From contig OY970303.1 of the NCBI GenBank assembly GCA_963716255.1, positions 2,496,001-2,560,000 of the forward strand: a stretch of 64,000 bases of DNA. The letters run 5' to 3'. The DNA is from an uncultured Gemmatimonadales bacterium. Its GTDB lineage: Bacteria; Gemmatimonadota; Gemmatimonadetes; Longimicrobiales; Longimicrobiaceae. Made by a program: the position numbers and the translations under genes. Below are positions 1 to 9,752 of the stretch, one piece after another. The number at the start of each line of letters is the position of its first letter. Position 1 is the first letter of the stretch. Below the pieces are notes generated by a model. The model did no database searches. It was not told where the DNA came from and saw nothing but the letters and a program-made list of their open reading frames with translations.

Positions 1-2
1 AG

Positions 3-1124
3 AGCGGGACGACGCTGGACTGGAGCGGGCTGGACCGGCCCACGGTGGACAAGCACAGCACCGGCGGGGTGGGCGACAAGACCTCCATCGTGCTGGTGCC
101 GCTGATGGCCGCGGCGGGCGCGGCGTTCGTGAAGATGTCCGGCCGCGGGCTGGGCCACACCGGCGGTACGCTGGACAAGCTGGAGGCGATCCCCGGCTTC
201 CGGGTGAGCCTGGGGCTGGAGGAGATGCGCGCCCAGGTGGAGCGGATCGGGTGCGCGCTGGTGGGGCAGAGCCCCGAGCTGGTCCCCGCCGACGGCGCCC
301 TGTACGCCCTGCGCGACGTGACCGGCACCGTGGAATCGGTGCCGCTGATCGCCGGGAGCATCATGTCCAAGAAGCTGGCCGGCGGCGCGCGCACCCTGGT
401 GCTGGACGTCAAGTGGGGCGCCGGCGCCTTCATGACCACGCTGGAGGAGGCGCGCACGCTGGCGCGCGCGCTGGTGCGCATCGGCGAGGGGGCGGGGCGG
501 CGGACGCGCGCGGTGCTCAGCCCCATGGACGAGCCGCTGGGGCGCGCCGTGGGCAACGCCCTGGAGGTGCGCGAGGCCATCGACACGCTGCGCGGCGGCG
601 GCCCCCCCGAGCTGTGGGAGCTCACCGTGGAGCTGGGGACGCACCTGCTCGTCCTCGCCGGGCTGGCGGCGGACGATGCCGCGGCCCGCGCCCGCCTGGC
701 GGAGCTGCGCGACAGCGGCCGCGCCGCCGAGGCCTTCGCCGAGCTGGTGCGCGCGCAGGGCGGCGACGCGCGCGTGGTGGAAGACCCGGACGCGGTCCTC
801 GCCCGCGCCCCCGTGGTGCGCGAGCTCCTGTCGGACGCCGACGGCGACCGCTGGGTGGCCGCGCTGGACGCGCGCGGCGTGGGCGTGGCGGCGCTCGACC
901 TGGGCGCCGGCCGCCGCACCAAGGCCGACCCGGTGGACCCCGCCGTGGGGATCGTGCTGCGCGCCCGAATCGGCGACCGGGTGGCTCCCGGCCAGCCCCT
1001 CGCCGAGATCCACGCCCGCACCGGGGCCGCCTGGGAGGAGGCCGCCGCCCGGCTCCGCGCCCTGTACCGGCTGGTTCCGGAGCCGGTGCGGCGGGAAGCC
1101 ACGCGGTACGAGACGATCGGGTGA
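3..1124 (+). CDS. pdp: Thymidine/pyrimidine-nucleoside phosphorylase, 5' end outside the window
   Basis: Motifs DKHSTGGVGDK, KMSGRGLGHTGGTLDKLE, LYALRDVTGTVES, SIMSKKLA; frame is open to the window edge. Confidence 0.93.
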   Translation, partial: SGTTLDWSGLDRPTVDKHSTGGVGDKTSIVLVPLMAAAGAAFVKMSGRGLGHTGGTLDKLEAIPGFRVSLGLEEMRAQVERIGCALVGQSPELVPADGALYALRDVTGTVESVPLIAGSIMSKKLAGGARTLVLDVKWGAGAFMTTLEEARTLARALVRIGEGAGRRTRAVLSPMDEPLGRAVGNALEVREAIDTLRGGGPPELWELTVELGTHLLVLAGLAADDAAARARLAELRDSGRAAEAFAELVRAQGGDARVVEDPDAVLARAPVVRELLSDADGDRWVAALDARGVGVAALDLGAGRRTKADPVDPAVGIVLRARIGDRVAPGQPLAEIHARTGAAWEEAAARLRALYRLVPEPVRREATRYETIG

Positions 1125-1155
1125 CGACCATCCAACCGAGCAGCAGGGACACCGG

Positions 1156-2958
1156 ATGAAGAGAATCCTCGCGCGATGTGCCCTGGCGGGCGGACTGGCG
1201 CTCGCCGCCTGCGCCCCTCAGCCCCCGGCGGCGGCCGGTCCCGCGCCGCAGGCCGGCCCGGCGGCGGCCGCCGGCGCCGACGCGCTGGCGCGGCAGGTCA
1301 ACGCCGTCGCCGACGAGTACATGGCCGCGCTGCTGGAGCGCAACCCCGAGCAGGTCACCTTCTACGGGGTCCCGGGCGGGCGGCACGACCGCCTCACCGA
1401 CAATTCCCCGGCCGCGCTCCGCGCCTGGCAGGCGCGCGAGGACGCCTGGCTCGCGCGCATGGCGGCGATGGACCCCGCGCCGCTGGACGGGCGCGCCGAG
1501 CGGGCGACGTACGCCATCCTCCGCGACGCGCTGGAATCGGCGCGCGCCATGCGCGCGTGCCGCAACGAGCTGTGGCCGGTGAACCAGCTCACGGGCTGGC
1601 AGTCCAACCTCCCCTTCCTGGCGCAGCTCCAGCCCGTGGGAACGCCGGAGCTGCGCGCCCAGGCGCTGGCGCGCGCCCGCGCCGTGCCGGGGTACCTGGA
1701 CAACGAGATCGCCTCGCTGCGGGAGGGGATCCGCCTGGGCCACACCTCGCCCCGGGTCAACGTCCGCCGCGTGCTCGCGCAGGTGGACGGCATCCTCGCC
1801 GACCCCGCGGCGACCTCGCCCTTCACCAGCCCGGCCGCGCGCGACAGCACGCCGGAGTTCCGCCGCGAGCTGGAGCAGGTCGTGGGCGGCCAGGTGCTCC
1901 CGGCGGTGCGCCGCTACCGCGACTTCCTGCGCGACGTGTACCTCCCGGCCGCGCGCGACGACGTCGCCGTGACCGCGAACACGGACGGCGCCGCGTGCTA
2001 CCCGGCCGCCGTCCGCAGCTTCACCACGCTGGAGCTGACGCCGCGCCAGGTGCACGAGATGGGGCTGCGGCAGATGGACACGATCCAGCGGGAGATGCGG
2101 GCGATCGCCCGGCGCAGCTTTGCCACGGACGACGTCCCCGCCCTGCTGCAGCGCTTCCGCACCGACCGGCAGTTCATGTTCCGCACGCGCGAGGAGATGG
2201 TGGCGTACGCCCGCGGCGCGCTGGACCGCGCCAGGCGCGAGATGCCGAAGTGGTTCGGCACCCTGCCCCGGGCGGACGTGGTGATCGAGCCGTACCCGGA
2301 GTTCCAGGAGGCGTCCGCGCCGGGCGGGGAGTACTTCAACCCGTCGGAGGACGGCTCGCGGCCGGGCACGTACCGCATCAACACCTACCGGCCGGAGACG
2401 CGGAGCCGGGTGGGGCTGGAGTCCACCGCCTTCCACGAGACCATCCCCGGGCACCACCTGCAGGGCGCCATCGCCCAGGAGCAGCAGGGATCGCACGCCG
2501 TCGCCCGCTTCCTCTTCAACTCCGGCTACGCCGAGGGGTGGGGGCTGTACGCGGAGCGGCTGGCGGACGAGATGGGGCTCTTCTCCTCGGACATGGACCG
2601 CATGGGGCTGCTCTCCAACGAGGCGCTGCGGGCCGCGCGCCTGGTGGTGGACCCGGGGATGCACGCGCTGGGCTGGTCGCGCGAGCGGGCCGTCGAGTAC
2701 ATGCTCCAGCACACCGCCGAGTCGCGCGACGCGGTGGAGACCGAGGTGGACCGCTACATCAACTGGCCCGGCCAGGCCACCGCCTACATGGTGGGCAACC
2801 TGGAGATCCGCCGCCTGCGCGCCATGGCCGAGCGCGAGCTGGGCCCCAGGTTCAACGTCCGCGAGTTCCACGACGTGGTCCTGGGGGCCGGCAGCGTGCC
2901 CCTCCCCCTCCTGGGCCACAACGTGGAGCGGTGGATCGCCCGCAGAAAGGCATCGTAG
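1156..2958 (+). CDS. DUF885 family lipoprotein (putative metallopeptidase)
   Basis: Lipobox LAAC; HETIPGHHLQ, YAEGWGLYAE, RAARLVVDPGMH, EVDRYINWPGQATAY motifs; start moved to ATG 1156. Confidence 0.9.
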   Translation: MKRILARCALAGGLALAACAPQPPAAAGPAPQAGPAAAAGADALARQVNAVADEYMAALLERNPEQVTFYGVPGGRHDRLTDNSPAALRAWQAREDAWLARMAAMDPAPLDGRAERATYAILRDALESARAMRACRNELWPVNQLTGWQSNLPFLAQLQPVGTPELRAQALARARAVPGYLDNEIASLREGIRLGHTSPRVNVRRVLAQVDGILADPAATSPFTSPAARDSTPEFRRELEQVVGGQVLPAVRRYRDFLRDVYLPAARDDVAVTANTDGAACYPAAVRSFTTLELTPRQVHEMGLRQMDTIQREMRAIARRSFATDDVPALLQRFRTDRQFMFRTREEMVAYARGALDRARREMPKWFGTLPRADVVIEPYPEFQEASAPGGEYFNPSEDGSRPGTYRINTYRPETRSRVGLESTAFHETIPGHHLQGAIAQEQQGSHAVARFLFNSGYAEGWGLYAERLADEMGLFSSDMDRMGLLSNEALRAARLVVDPGMHALGWSRERAVEYMLQHTAESRDAVETEVDRYINWPGQATAYMVGNLEIRRLRAMAERELGPRFNVREFHDVVLGAGSVPLPLLGHNVERWIARRKAS

Positions 2959-3000
2959 CGGGAGCCCCCGGCCGCGGGCGGCCGGGAAACGGATCGGGAC

Positions 3001-3038
3001 GGGCGGGGCGGCCGGGGATCGGCCGCCCCGCCCTTTTT
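3001..3038 (+). terminator. Rho-independent terminator
   Basis: GGGCGGGGCGGCCG/CGGCCGCCCCGCCC stem followed by TTTTT after the DUF885 stop. Confidence 0.85.
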
Positions 3039-3131
3039 GTGTCCTCAATGGCGGAAACGTACGGCGGGCCTCCTATCTGCGCCCCACCGAAGCAGATCGG
3101 AGCGCTATGTAGATCTGTTCCCCGCAATTCG

Positions 3132-3146
3132 TGGCACGCTGTTTGA
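3132..3146 (+). promoter_or_regulatory. Candidate sigma54 -24/-12 promoter
   Basis: TGGCACG-CTGT-TTGA versus consensus TGGCACG-N4-TTGC, about 70 bp before the glycosyltransferase start. Confidence 0.55.
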
Positions 3147-3213
3147 CCGTGTCCACTCCCCCGGTGCGCGCTCCTGCCCGCCGGCGCCGAAGCACTCCGA
3201 ACGACAAGATCGC

Positions 3214-4383
3214 ATGACGCTTCCCGTCACCCGGGAGCCGGACGCAGCCCGGCTCCCCGACCTCGTCTGCCTCTCGCACCTGCGCTGGGACTTCGTCTAC
3301 CAGCGCCCGCAGCACCTGCTCAGCCGCTTCGCCCGGGAGCGGCGGGTGTTCTTCGTGGAGGAGCCGCTCTTCGACGCGGGAGAGCCGTACCTGCACGTGG
3401 AGCGGCGCGAGGACGGCCTGCACGTGGTGGTGCCGCACCTGGTCCAGGGGCGGTGGGACGAGGTGGACCGGCTGCAGGGCGAGCTGCTGGACGGACTCCT
3501 CCGCGAGCACGGCGTCCGCGACTACGTGCTGTGGTACTACACCCCCGTCCCGGTCGTCTTCACTGGCCACCTGGAGCCGCTGGCCACCGTCTACGACTGC
3601 ATGGACGAGCTGTCCGCCTTCAAGGGGGCCACCCCCGTGATGGTGGAGCGCGAGACCGAGCTGCTGCGCCACGCCGACCTGGTGTTCACCGGCGGCCAGA
3701 GCCTGTACGAGGCGAAGCGCGACCGCCACCCCAGGGTGTACGCCTTTCCCAGCAGCATCGACGCCGCGCACTTCGCCCGGGCCCGGGAGCGGTCCGCTGC
3801 GGCGGAAGCGGCGCGGGAGCGGCCCCTGCTGGGCTACTACGGCGTGATCGACGAGCGGATGGACCTGGAGCTGCTGGCCGGCGTGGCCCGGGCGCGCCCG
3901 GAATGGGAGCTGGTGATGGTGGGGCCGGTGGTGAAGATCGATGAGGCCGACCTCCCCCGCCTCCCCAACCTCCACTTCCCCGGCGGCGCCGAGTACGCGC
4001 GGCTCCCGGAGCTGGTCGCCGGGTGGGACGTGGCGCTGATCCCCTTCGCGATCAACGAGTCCACCCGCTTCATCAGCCCCACCAAGACCCCCGAGTACCT
4101 GGCGGCGGGGAAGCCGGTGGTCTCCACCCCCATCCGCGACGTGGTGCGCCCCTACGGCGAGCAGCAGCTGGTGCGCATCGCCGGCACCGTGCCCGAGTTC
4201 GTGGCGGCGGTGGAGGCGGCGCTGGCGGACGGCGCGGCCACGCGCGCGGCCTGGCTGGAGCGGGTGGACGCCCTGCTGGCGGGGACCTCGTGGGACCGCA
4301 CCTGGCGCGCCATGGACCAGCTGGTGGAAGAAGCCGTCCCGGGGTGGAACGGCGCGAAGGACGACGAGCTGGCGGCGGACTAG
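3214..4383 (+). CDS. GT-B glycosyltransferase (GT4/group 1-like, glf-associated)
   Basis: SHLRWDFVYQRPQHL, YDCMDELSAF, ISPTKTPEYLAAGKPVVST motifs. Confidence 0.9.
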   Translation: MTLPVTREPDAARLPDLVCLSHLRWDFVYQRPQHLLSRFARERRVFFVEEPLFDAGEPYLHVERREDGLHVVVPHLVQGRWDEVDRLQGELLDGLLREHGVRDYVLWYYTPVPVVFTGHLEPLATVYDCMDELSAFKGATPVMVERETELLRHADLVFTGGQSLYEAKRDRHPRVYAFPSSIDAAHFARARERSAAAEAARERPLLGYYGVIDERMDLELLAGVARARPEWELVMVGPVVKIDEADLPRLPNLHFPGGAEYARLPELVAGWDVALIPFAINESTRFISPTKTPEYLAAGKPVVSTPIRDVVRPYGEQQLVRIAGTVPEFVAAVEAALADGAATRAAWLERVDALLAGTSWDRTWRAMDQLVEEAVPGWNGAKDDELAAD

Positions 4384-4459
4384 GACGGCGGGGAAGCCGG
4401 GGACGGAGATGCTCTGTGGACGCCGGGACGACACGCTCGCTGAAAGGGCACGAAAGGCC

Positions 4460-5692
4460 ATGTTCGACTATCTGATCGTAGGCGCGGGGTTCGCGGGGAG
4501 CGTGCTGGCGGAGCGGCTTGCTTCGGAGGCGGGGAAGAAGGTGCTGATCGTGGACCGGCGCGGCCACATCGGGGGCAACGCCTACGACCACTACAACGAC
4601 GAGGGCGTGCTGGTGCACCGCTACGGCCCGCACATCTTCCACACCAACTCGCGCGAGGTTTTCGAGTACCTGTCGCGCTTCACGGAGTGGCGGCCGTACA
4701 TGCACCGGGTGCTCGCCAGCGTGGACGGGCAGCTGGTGCCCATGCCCATCAACCTGAACACCATCAACCAGCTCTACGGGCTGTCGCTGAACTCCTTCGA
4801 GCTGGAAAAGTTCTTCGAATCGGTGGCCGAGCCGCGCGAGGAGCTGCGCACCTCCGAGGACGTGGTGGTGAGCAAGGTGGGGCGCGAGCTGTACGAGAAG
4901 TTCTTCCGCAACTACACCCGCAAGCAGTGGGGGATGGACCCGTCCGAGCTGGACGCCTCGGTGACTGCGCGCGTGCCCACCCGCACCAACCGCGACGACC
5001 GGTACTTCACCGACACCTACCAGGCCATGCCGCTGCACGGCTACACCCGGATGTTCGAGAGCATGCTCTCGCACCCCAACATCAAGGTGATGCTGAACAC
5101 GGACTACCGGGAGATCGAGGACATGATCCCCTTCCGGGAGATGGTCTACACGGGGCCCGTCGACGAGTTCTTCGACTACCGCTACGGCAAGCTCCCGTAC
5201 CGCTCGCTCCGCTTCCGGCACGAGACGCTGAACCAGCCGGTGTTCCAGCCCGCGCCGGTGGTGAACTACCCCAACGAGCAGCTGTTCACCCGCGTCACCG
5301 AGTTCAAGTACCTGACCGGGCAGGAGCACGCCAAGACGGCCGTGGTCTACGAGTTCCCGTGCGACGAGGGCGACCCGTACTACCCGGTGCCGCGCCCGGA
5401 GAACGCCGAGGTCTACCGGCGGTACAAGGCGCTCGCCGACGACACCCCGGCGGTGCACTTCGTGGGGCGGCTGGCCACCTACAAGTACTACAACATGGAC
5501 CAGGTGGTGGCCCAGGCGCTCACCACCTTCGCGCGGATCATGGGGACCAAGCGCCCCCGGCGCCCCGTGGGGGTGGTGGAGACGGCGGCCGCCCCGGCGG
5601 GGGGCGGCTGGGGCGAGGACGCCCGCGGCTCCAACGGGGGGCGGAGCTCGCTCCCCATGGCCGCCGCCCCCGCGAGGGCCGAGGAGCGGTAG
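4460..5692 (+). CDS. glf: UDP-galactopyranose mutase
   Basis: GAGFAG FAD-binding motif, HIGGNAYD, YGPHIFHTN, YTRKQWG, GRLATYKYYNMDQ. Confidence 0.96.
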   Translation: MFDYLIVGAGFAGSVLAERLASEAGKKVLIVDRRGHIGGNAYDHYNDEGVLVHRYGPHIFHTNSREVFEYLSRFTEWRPYMHRVLASVDGQLVPMPINLNTINQLYGLSLNSFELEKFFESVAEPREELRTSEDVVVSKVGRELYEKFFRNYTRKQWGMDPSELDASVTARVPTRTNRDDRYFTDTYQAMPLHGYTRMFESMLSHPNIKVMLNTDYREIEDMIPFREMVYTGPVDEFFDYRYGKLPYRSLRFRHETLNQPVFQPAPVVNYPNEQLFTRVTEFKYLTGQEHAKTAVVYEFPCDEGDPYYPVPRPENAEVYRRYKALADDTPAVHFVGRLATYKYYNMDQVVAQALTTFARIMGTKRPRRPVGVVETAAAPAGGGWGEDARGSNGGRSSLPMAAAPARAEER

Positions 5693-5818
5693 CGGACGCG
5701 CACTCCTTTCCGGACCGGCAAGAAGTGCCCGGCGCCCACGCGGCGCCGGGCACCTGCTTTCTCGGCCATGTCGCGCATCCGCAACCACTTGCTAGATTTC
5801 GCCATGCGGGCGCCGCGG

Positions 5819-5833
5819 TGGTATCCCCCTTGC
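5819..5833 (+). promoter_or_regulatory. Candidate sigma54 -24/-12 promoter
   Basis: TGGTATC-CCCC-TTGC (GG-N10-GC) upstream of the GH1 gene. Confidence 0.55.
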
Positions 5834-5947
5834 CGCAGCGCTCCCCGAAACCCACTCTCCCGAACCGCTCCCCGTGGCCACCACGCGGCCGTGCCTCCGC
5901 CCGGCCGGGGTCGCTTTCCGCGCGCCGTCCACCCATCCGCAGCGCCC

Positions 5948-7150
5948 ATGCAGCCGCTTCCGTTTTTCTTTGCCACGGGGATCGAGAACAGCTACCCCAC
6001 GATCGCCGGCGGCAAGCGCATCGACCAGATGGAGAAGTGCGGGCACTACGCCCGCTGGGAGGAGGACTTCGAGCTGGTGCGCGAGCTGGGGCTCGGCGCG
6101 CTCCGCTACGGTCCGGCCTACTACCGCACGCACGTGGGCCCCGACCGCTTCGACTGGTCCAGCGCCGACGAGCCCATGGAGCGCCTGCGCACGCTGGGCG
6201 TGGAGGTGATCGCGGACCTGTGCCACTTCGGCGTGCCGGACTGGCTGGGCGGGTTCCAGGACCCGGCCTTTCCCGTGCTCTTCGCCGAGTACGCGCGGGC
6301 TTTCGCCAGGCGGTACCCCTGGGTGCGCTACTACACCCCGGTGAACGAGATCTTCGTGTGCGCCAGCTTCTCGGCGCTGCGCGGGTGGTGGAACGAGTGC
6401 GAGACGAGCGACCGGGCCTTCGTGACGGCCATGCGCAACCTGTGCATGGCGCACGAGCTCGCGGTGGAGGCCATCGTCTCCGAGCGCCCGGACGCCGTCA
6501 TCGTGCAGGGCGAGTCGATGGAGCACTTCCACCCCGCCGGCAGGGCCTCGGAGCGGCAGGCCGACCACCTCAACGCGGTCAAGTTCCTGTCGCTGGACCT
6601 GACGCTGGGGCACGAGCCGGCGCCTGGGATGACACGCTTCCTCAACGAGCACGGCGTCACCTCCAACGACCTCAGCTTCTTCCGCGAGAAGCGGGTGCCG
6701 GGGCAGCGCTGGATCGGGCTGGACTACTACCCCACCTGCGAGCACCGGGTGGCCTCCACCGGGCGGTGCACCACCCGCCGGCAGCCCCACGGCTTCCGCG
6801 CGCTGGCCGCGGAGTACCACGCGCGCTACCGCAAGCCGCTCTTCCACTGCGAGACCAACCGGGTGAGCCACCTGGCCGTGGACTGGCTGCGGCGGCAGTG
6901 GGACGACGTGCAGGCGCTGCGCGTGGCCGGCATCCCCGTGACCGGCTTCACCTGGTACTCGCTCACCGACCAGGTGGACTGGCAGCACGCCCTGCGCGTG
7001 GAGCGCGACGACCTGCACCCGGTGGGGCTCTACGACCTGGACCGCCGGATCCGCCCGGTGGGCGAGGCCTTTCGCGACCTGGTCGCCCGGCACTCCGGCG
7101 AGGAGGCCGCTCCCGCCACGGCGGCGAGCCCGCAGTCGCTGACGGCCTGA
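5948..7150 (+). CDS. Glycoside hydrolase family 1-like protein
   Basis: FATGIENS, HYARWEEDF, DLCHFGVPDW, YTPVNE (acid/base), HCETN (nucleophile), WYSLTDQVDW. Confidence 0.88.
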   Translation: MQPLPFFFATGIENSYPTIAGGKRIDQMEKCGHYARWEEDFELVRELGLGALRYGPAYYRTHVGPDRFDWSSADEPMERLRTLGVEVIADLCHFGVPDWLGGFQDPAFPVLFAEYARAFARRYPWVRYYTPVNEIFVCASFSALRGWWNECETSDRAFVTAMRNLCMAHELAVEAIVSERPDAVIVQGESMEHFHPAGRASERQADHLNAVKFLSLDLTLGHEPAPGMTRFLNEHGVTSNDLSFFREKRVPGQRWIGLDYYPTCEHRVASTGRCTTRRQPHGFRALAAEYHARYRKPLFHCETNRVSHLAVDWLRRQWDDVQALRVAGIPVTGFTWYSLTDQVDWQHALRVERDDLHPVGLYDLDRRIRPVGEAFRDLVARHSGEEAAPATAASPQSLTA

Positions 7151-7171
7151 GCCGCTCCGCCCGGCCGGGCG

Positions 7172-7217
7172 GAACGAAAAGGAGGGGGCGCCGGAGGGCG
7201 CCCCCTCCTTTTCGTTC
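7172..7217. terminator. Bidirectional-type intrinsic terminator
   Basis: Perfect inverted repeat GAACGAAAAGGAGGGGGCGCC-ggag-GGCGCCCCCTCCTTTTCGTTC. Confidence 0.85.
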
Positions 7218-7244
7218 GCCGGGGGCCCCCATCCCCCCGGCCCC

Positions 7245-7294
7245 CACCCGGCTCGCTTGGGGCTCGCCACCCTCCCCCATTTCTGGGGGAGGGC
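7245..7294 (+). repeat. REP-like hairpin repeat, family B
   Basis: CACCCGGCTCGCTTGRGGCTCGCCACCCTCYCCC...GGGRGAGGG, recurring at 40193, 43035 and 47476. Confidence 0.75.
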
Positions 7295-7403
7295 TGTCTG
7301 ATCCTCGGCCTCCCGCGCGCAGTTCGCCCCTCCCTCGCTTGCGGGGGACGGGTGGCGCGCAGCGCCGGGGTGGGGGGCTCCCGCGGGCGCCAGCGCGAAA
7401 CCC

Positions 7404-7532
7404 GCGTGAGGGATTTCGGCCCGGAGGGGCGAGACCGCGCGGCTGTTTGCGCGGTCTCGACTCCGTTGCACACGGTTGTTTCGTGTGCTACGGAGCCGAA
7501 GCCCGACCCCGGCGCCAGCCGGGGGCACGCCC
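7404..7532 (+). repeat. Structured ~130 bp dispersed repeat, family A, copy 1
   Basis: GCGTGAGGGATTTCGGC...CTCCGT...ACGGAGCCGAAGCCCGACCCCGGCGCCAGCCGGGGGCACGCCC. Confidence 0.95.
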
Positions 7533-7637
7533 GAACCCGCCGTCCAAAGCCGTTCCATCCGGACCCGGCCCGCCACGTGCGTACGCTGGCGCCCTCTGCG
7601 CCGACGCGCCCGCTTCCCACCCGTGCCGAGGCGACCG

Positions 7638-9461
7638 ATGCCGACACCGGAATTCGGCTTCACCCGCGACCGCGAGGAGGCCGGGGCGGTCCGCGACTAC
7701 CTGAACCCGCTCCCCCGCTCCATCGTCCGCCCGGACGAGCCGGAGCTGCTGGACGGGGAGTGGAAGTTCGCCCTGGACCTGGAGGACCGCGGGCTGGCGG
7801 GGCGCTGGCACCTGGGGCACGGGTACACGGACACCGCCGTCTGGCCCGGCTCCATCGAGGCCCACATGGCGGCGGCCAAGGACGCCCAGCAGGACACCCC
7901 CGCCTGGCAGGACCGGGTGGTGGCCTGGTACGAGCGCGAGTTCACGGTGCCGGAGGACTGGTGCGCCGACGCGGGATGCCTGGTGCAGGTGACCTTCGGG
8001 GCCTGCGGCTACGAGACGCGCGTTTGGCTCAACGGCCTCCCGCTGCGCACGGTGGAGGGCGAGGCGGTGCACTTGGGGGAGTACACCTCCTTCAGCTACG
8101 AGCTGCCGCCGGAGCTGCTGCGGCAGCGGGTCAACCGGCTCACGGTGCGCATCGCCGACTCCCTGGACGCGGAGATCCCGCGCGGCAAGCAGCAGTCGCA
8201 CGTGTACAAGCGGGGCGGCATCTGGTACCAGACGTACACGGGGGCGGTGCGCAGCGTGTGGCTGGAGCCGGTGCAGCGCAACCGCCTGCGCTCGCGGCTG
8301 GACGTGGTGAGCAGCTACCGCGACGGCTTCGTGGCCTTCGACCTCACCACGCGCGTGCAGGACCCCGGCGCGTACGCGCTCAAGCTGGTGGTGGCGCCGC
8401 GCGGGAGCGAGCAGCCCATCGCCGTGAGCGAGGTGGAGCTGCCGCTGGAGGCCGGCCAGAAGCGGCAGCGCGTCACCATGGAGCTGCCGGACGCGGCCCC
8501 CTGGTCGCCCGCGGCGCCCACCCTGTACACCCTGGTGGCGCAGCTCACGGGGCCGGATGGCGGCGTGTCTCAGATCGAGGCGCACTTCGGGCGGCGCACA
8601 GTGGAGGCGCGCGGCCGCTCCGTGTACCTGAACGGCGAGCCCATCTACCTGGACGGCATCCTGTACCAGCCGGGGACCGCCACCTTCGAGGAGATGGGGC
8701 GGCACATGCACGCCATGAAGGCGCTGGGGTGCAACCTGGTGCGCGTGCACATCGCCGGGATCGACCCGCGCATCTACGCCCTGGCGGACGAGATGGGGAT
8801 GCTGCTGTGGGTGGAGGTGCCCAGCCCCCACAGCTCCAGCCAGGCCAGCCGCGACAACCACTACGCCGAGCTGATGCGCATGCTGGTGCACATCGGCTCG
8901 CACCCCTCGGTGGTCATCTGGAGCCTGTACAACGAGGACTGGGGAGCGCAGGACATCGCCGGCAACGAGGAGACGCGCCGCTACGTCGCCCGCACCTACG
9001 ACTACATGCGCCTCAACCACCCGCAGCTGCTGGTGGTGGACAACGACGGCTGGAACCACGTGTCCATGGAGGGGCGGCTCAAGTCCGACCTGCTCACGGC
9101 GCACCTGTACACGCCGGAGCTGGAGCGCTGGCGCGAGTTGCTGGACCGGCTGGCGGAGGGGCACAACGAGGGGGTGGCAGTGCAGCCGCTGGTGGTGGGG
9201 GACCCGTTCTTCTACCGCGGGCAGGTGCCGCTGGTGGTGAGCGAGTGGGGCGGGTTCGGGTTCGCGGACTACGGGGGGCCGGACGATCCCGAGGGGCGGG
9301 CGGCGAGGATCTCCGCGTTCAAGCGGGAACTGCGGGGGCGGGTCATGGCGGGGGACGTGTACACGCAGGCCACGAGCATCGAGGACGAGGAGAACGGGCT
9401 GATCGAGCCTTCGTCCGGGGAGCTGCTGGTGCCTCCTGGGATTCTCAATTCGCGGGGGTGA
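7638..9461 (+). CDS. Glycoside hydrolase family 2
   Basis: LDGEWKF sugar-binding N-terminus, MKALGCNLVRVH, HPSVVIWSLYNEDWG, VVSEWGG; the ORF's upstream extension lies in the repeat, so start set to ATG 7638. Confidence 0.9.
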   Translation: MPTPEFGFTRDREEAGAVRDYLNPLPRSIVRPDEPELLDGEWKFALDLEDRGLAGRWHLGHGYTDTAVWPGSIEAHMAAAKDAQQDTPAWQDRVVAWYEREFTVPEDWCADAGCLVQVTFGACGYETRVWLNGLPLRTVEGEAVHLGEYTSFSYELPPELLRQRVNRLTVRIADSLDAEIPRGKQQSHVYKRGGIWYQTYTGAVRSVWLEPVQRNRLRSRLDVVSSYRDGFVAFDLTTRVQDPGAYALKLVVAPRGSEQPIAVSEVELPLEAGQKRQRVTMELPDAAPWSPAAPTLYTLVAQLTGPDGGVSQIEAHFGRRTVEARGRSVYLNGEPIYLDGILYQPGTATFEEMGRHMHAMKALGCNLVRVHIAGIDPRIYALADEMGMLLWVEVPSPHSSSQASRDNHYAELMRMLVHIGSHPSVVIWSLYNEDWGAQDIAGNEETRRYVARTYDYMRLNHPQLLVVDNDGWNHVSMEGRLKSDLLTAHLYTPELERWRELLDRLAEGHNEGVAVQPLVVGDPFFYRGQVPLVVSEWGGFGFADYGGPDDPEGRAARISAFKRELRGRVMAGDVYTQATSIEDEENGLIEPSSGELLVPPGILNSRG

Positions 9462-9495
9462 CGGAACGGCGACGGAACGGCTGAACGACGGTTTG

Positions 9496-9624
9496 GGGCG
9501 TGCCCCCGGCTGGCGCCGGGGTCGGGCTTCGGCTCCGTAAGCCCGCAAACAACGCGGGCTAACGGAGTCGAGCCCCGCGAAACTGCCCGCGGGTCTCGCC
9601 CCTTCGGGCCGAAATCCCTCACGC
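9496..9624 (-). repeat. Family A repeat, copy 2
   Basis: Reverse complement of the family A consensus. Confidence 0.95.
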
Positions 9625-9752
9625 GAGGTTCGAGCTGGCGTCCTCGGGAGGCCTCTCCCGGCCGACCCCAGACCCGGCGCCCGCATGAGCGCACCGTCGT
9701 TGTCGTGCTCCCCCTCTCCCAGCATTGGGAGAGGGGGCCGGGGGGTGAGGGC

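Noticed and set aside
7352..7637. Recurring peptide RVRDFGPKGRD...TEPKPDPGASRGHA in many ORF translations
   Set aside because: It is the translation of the repeat; the variation preserves base pairing rather than codons
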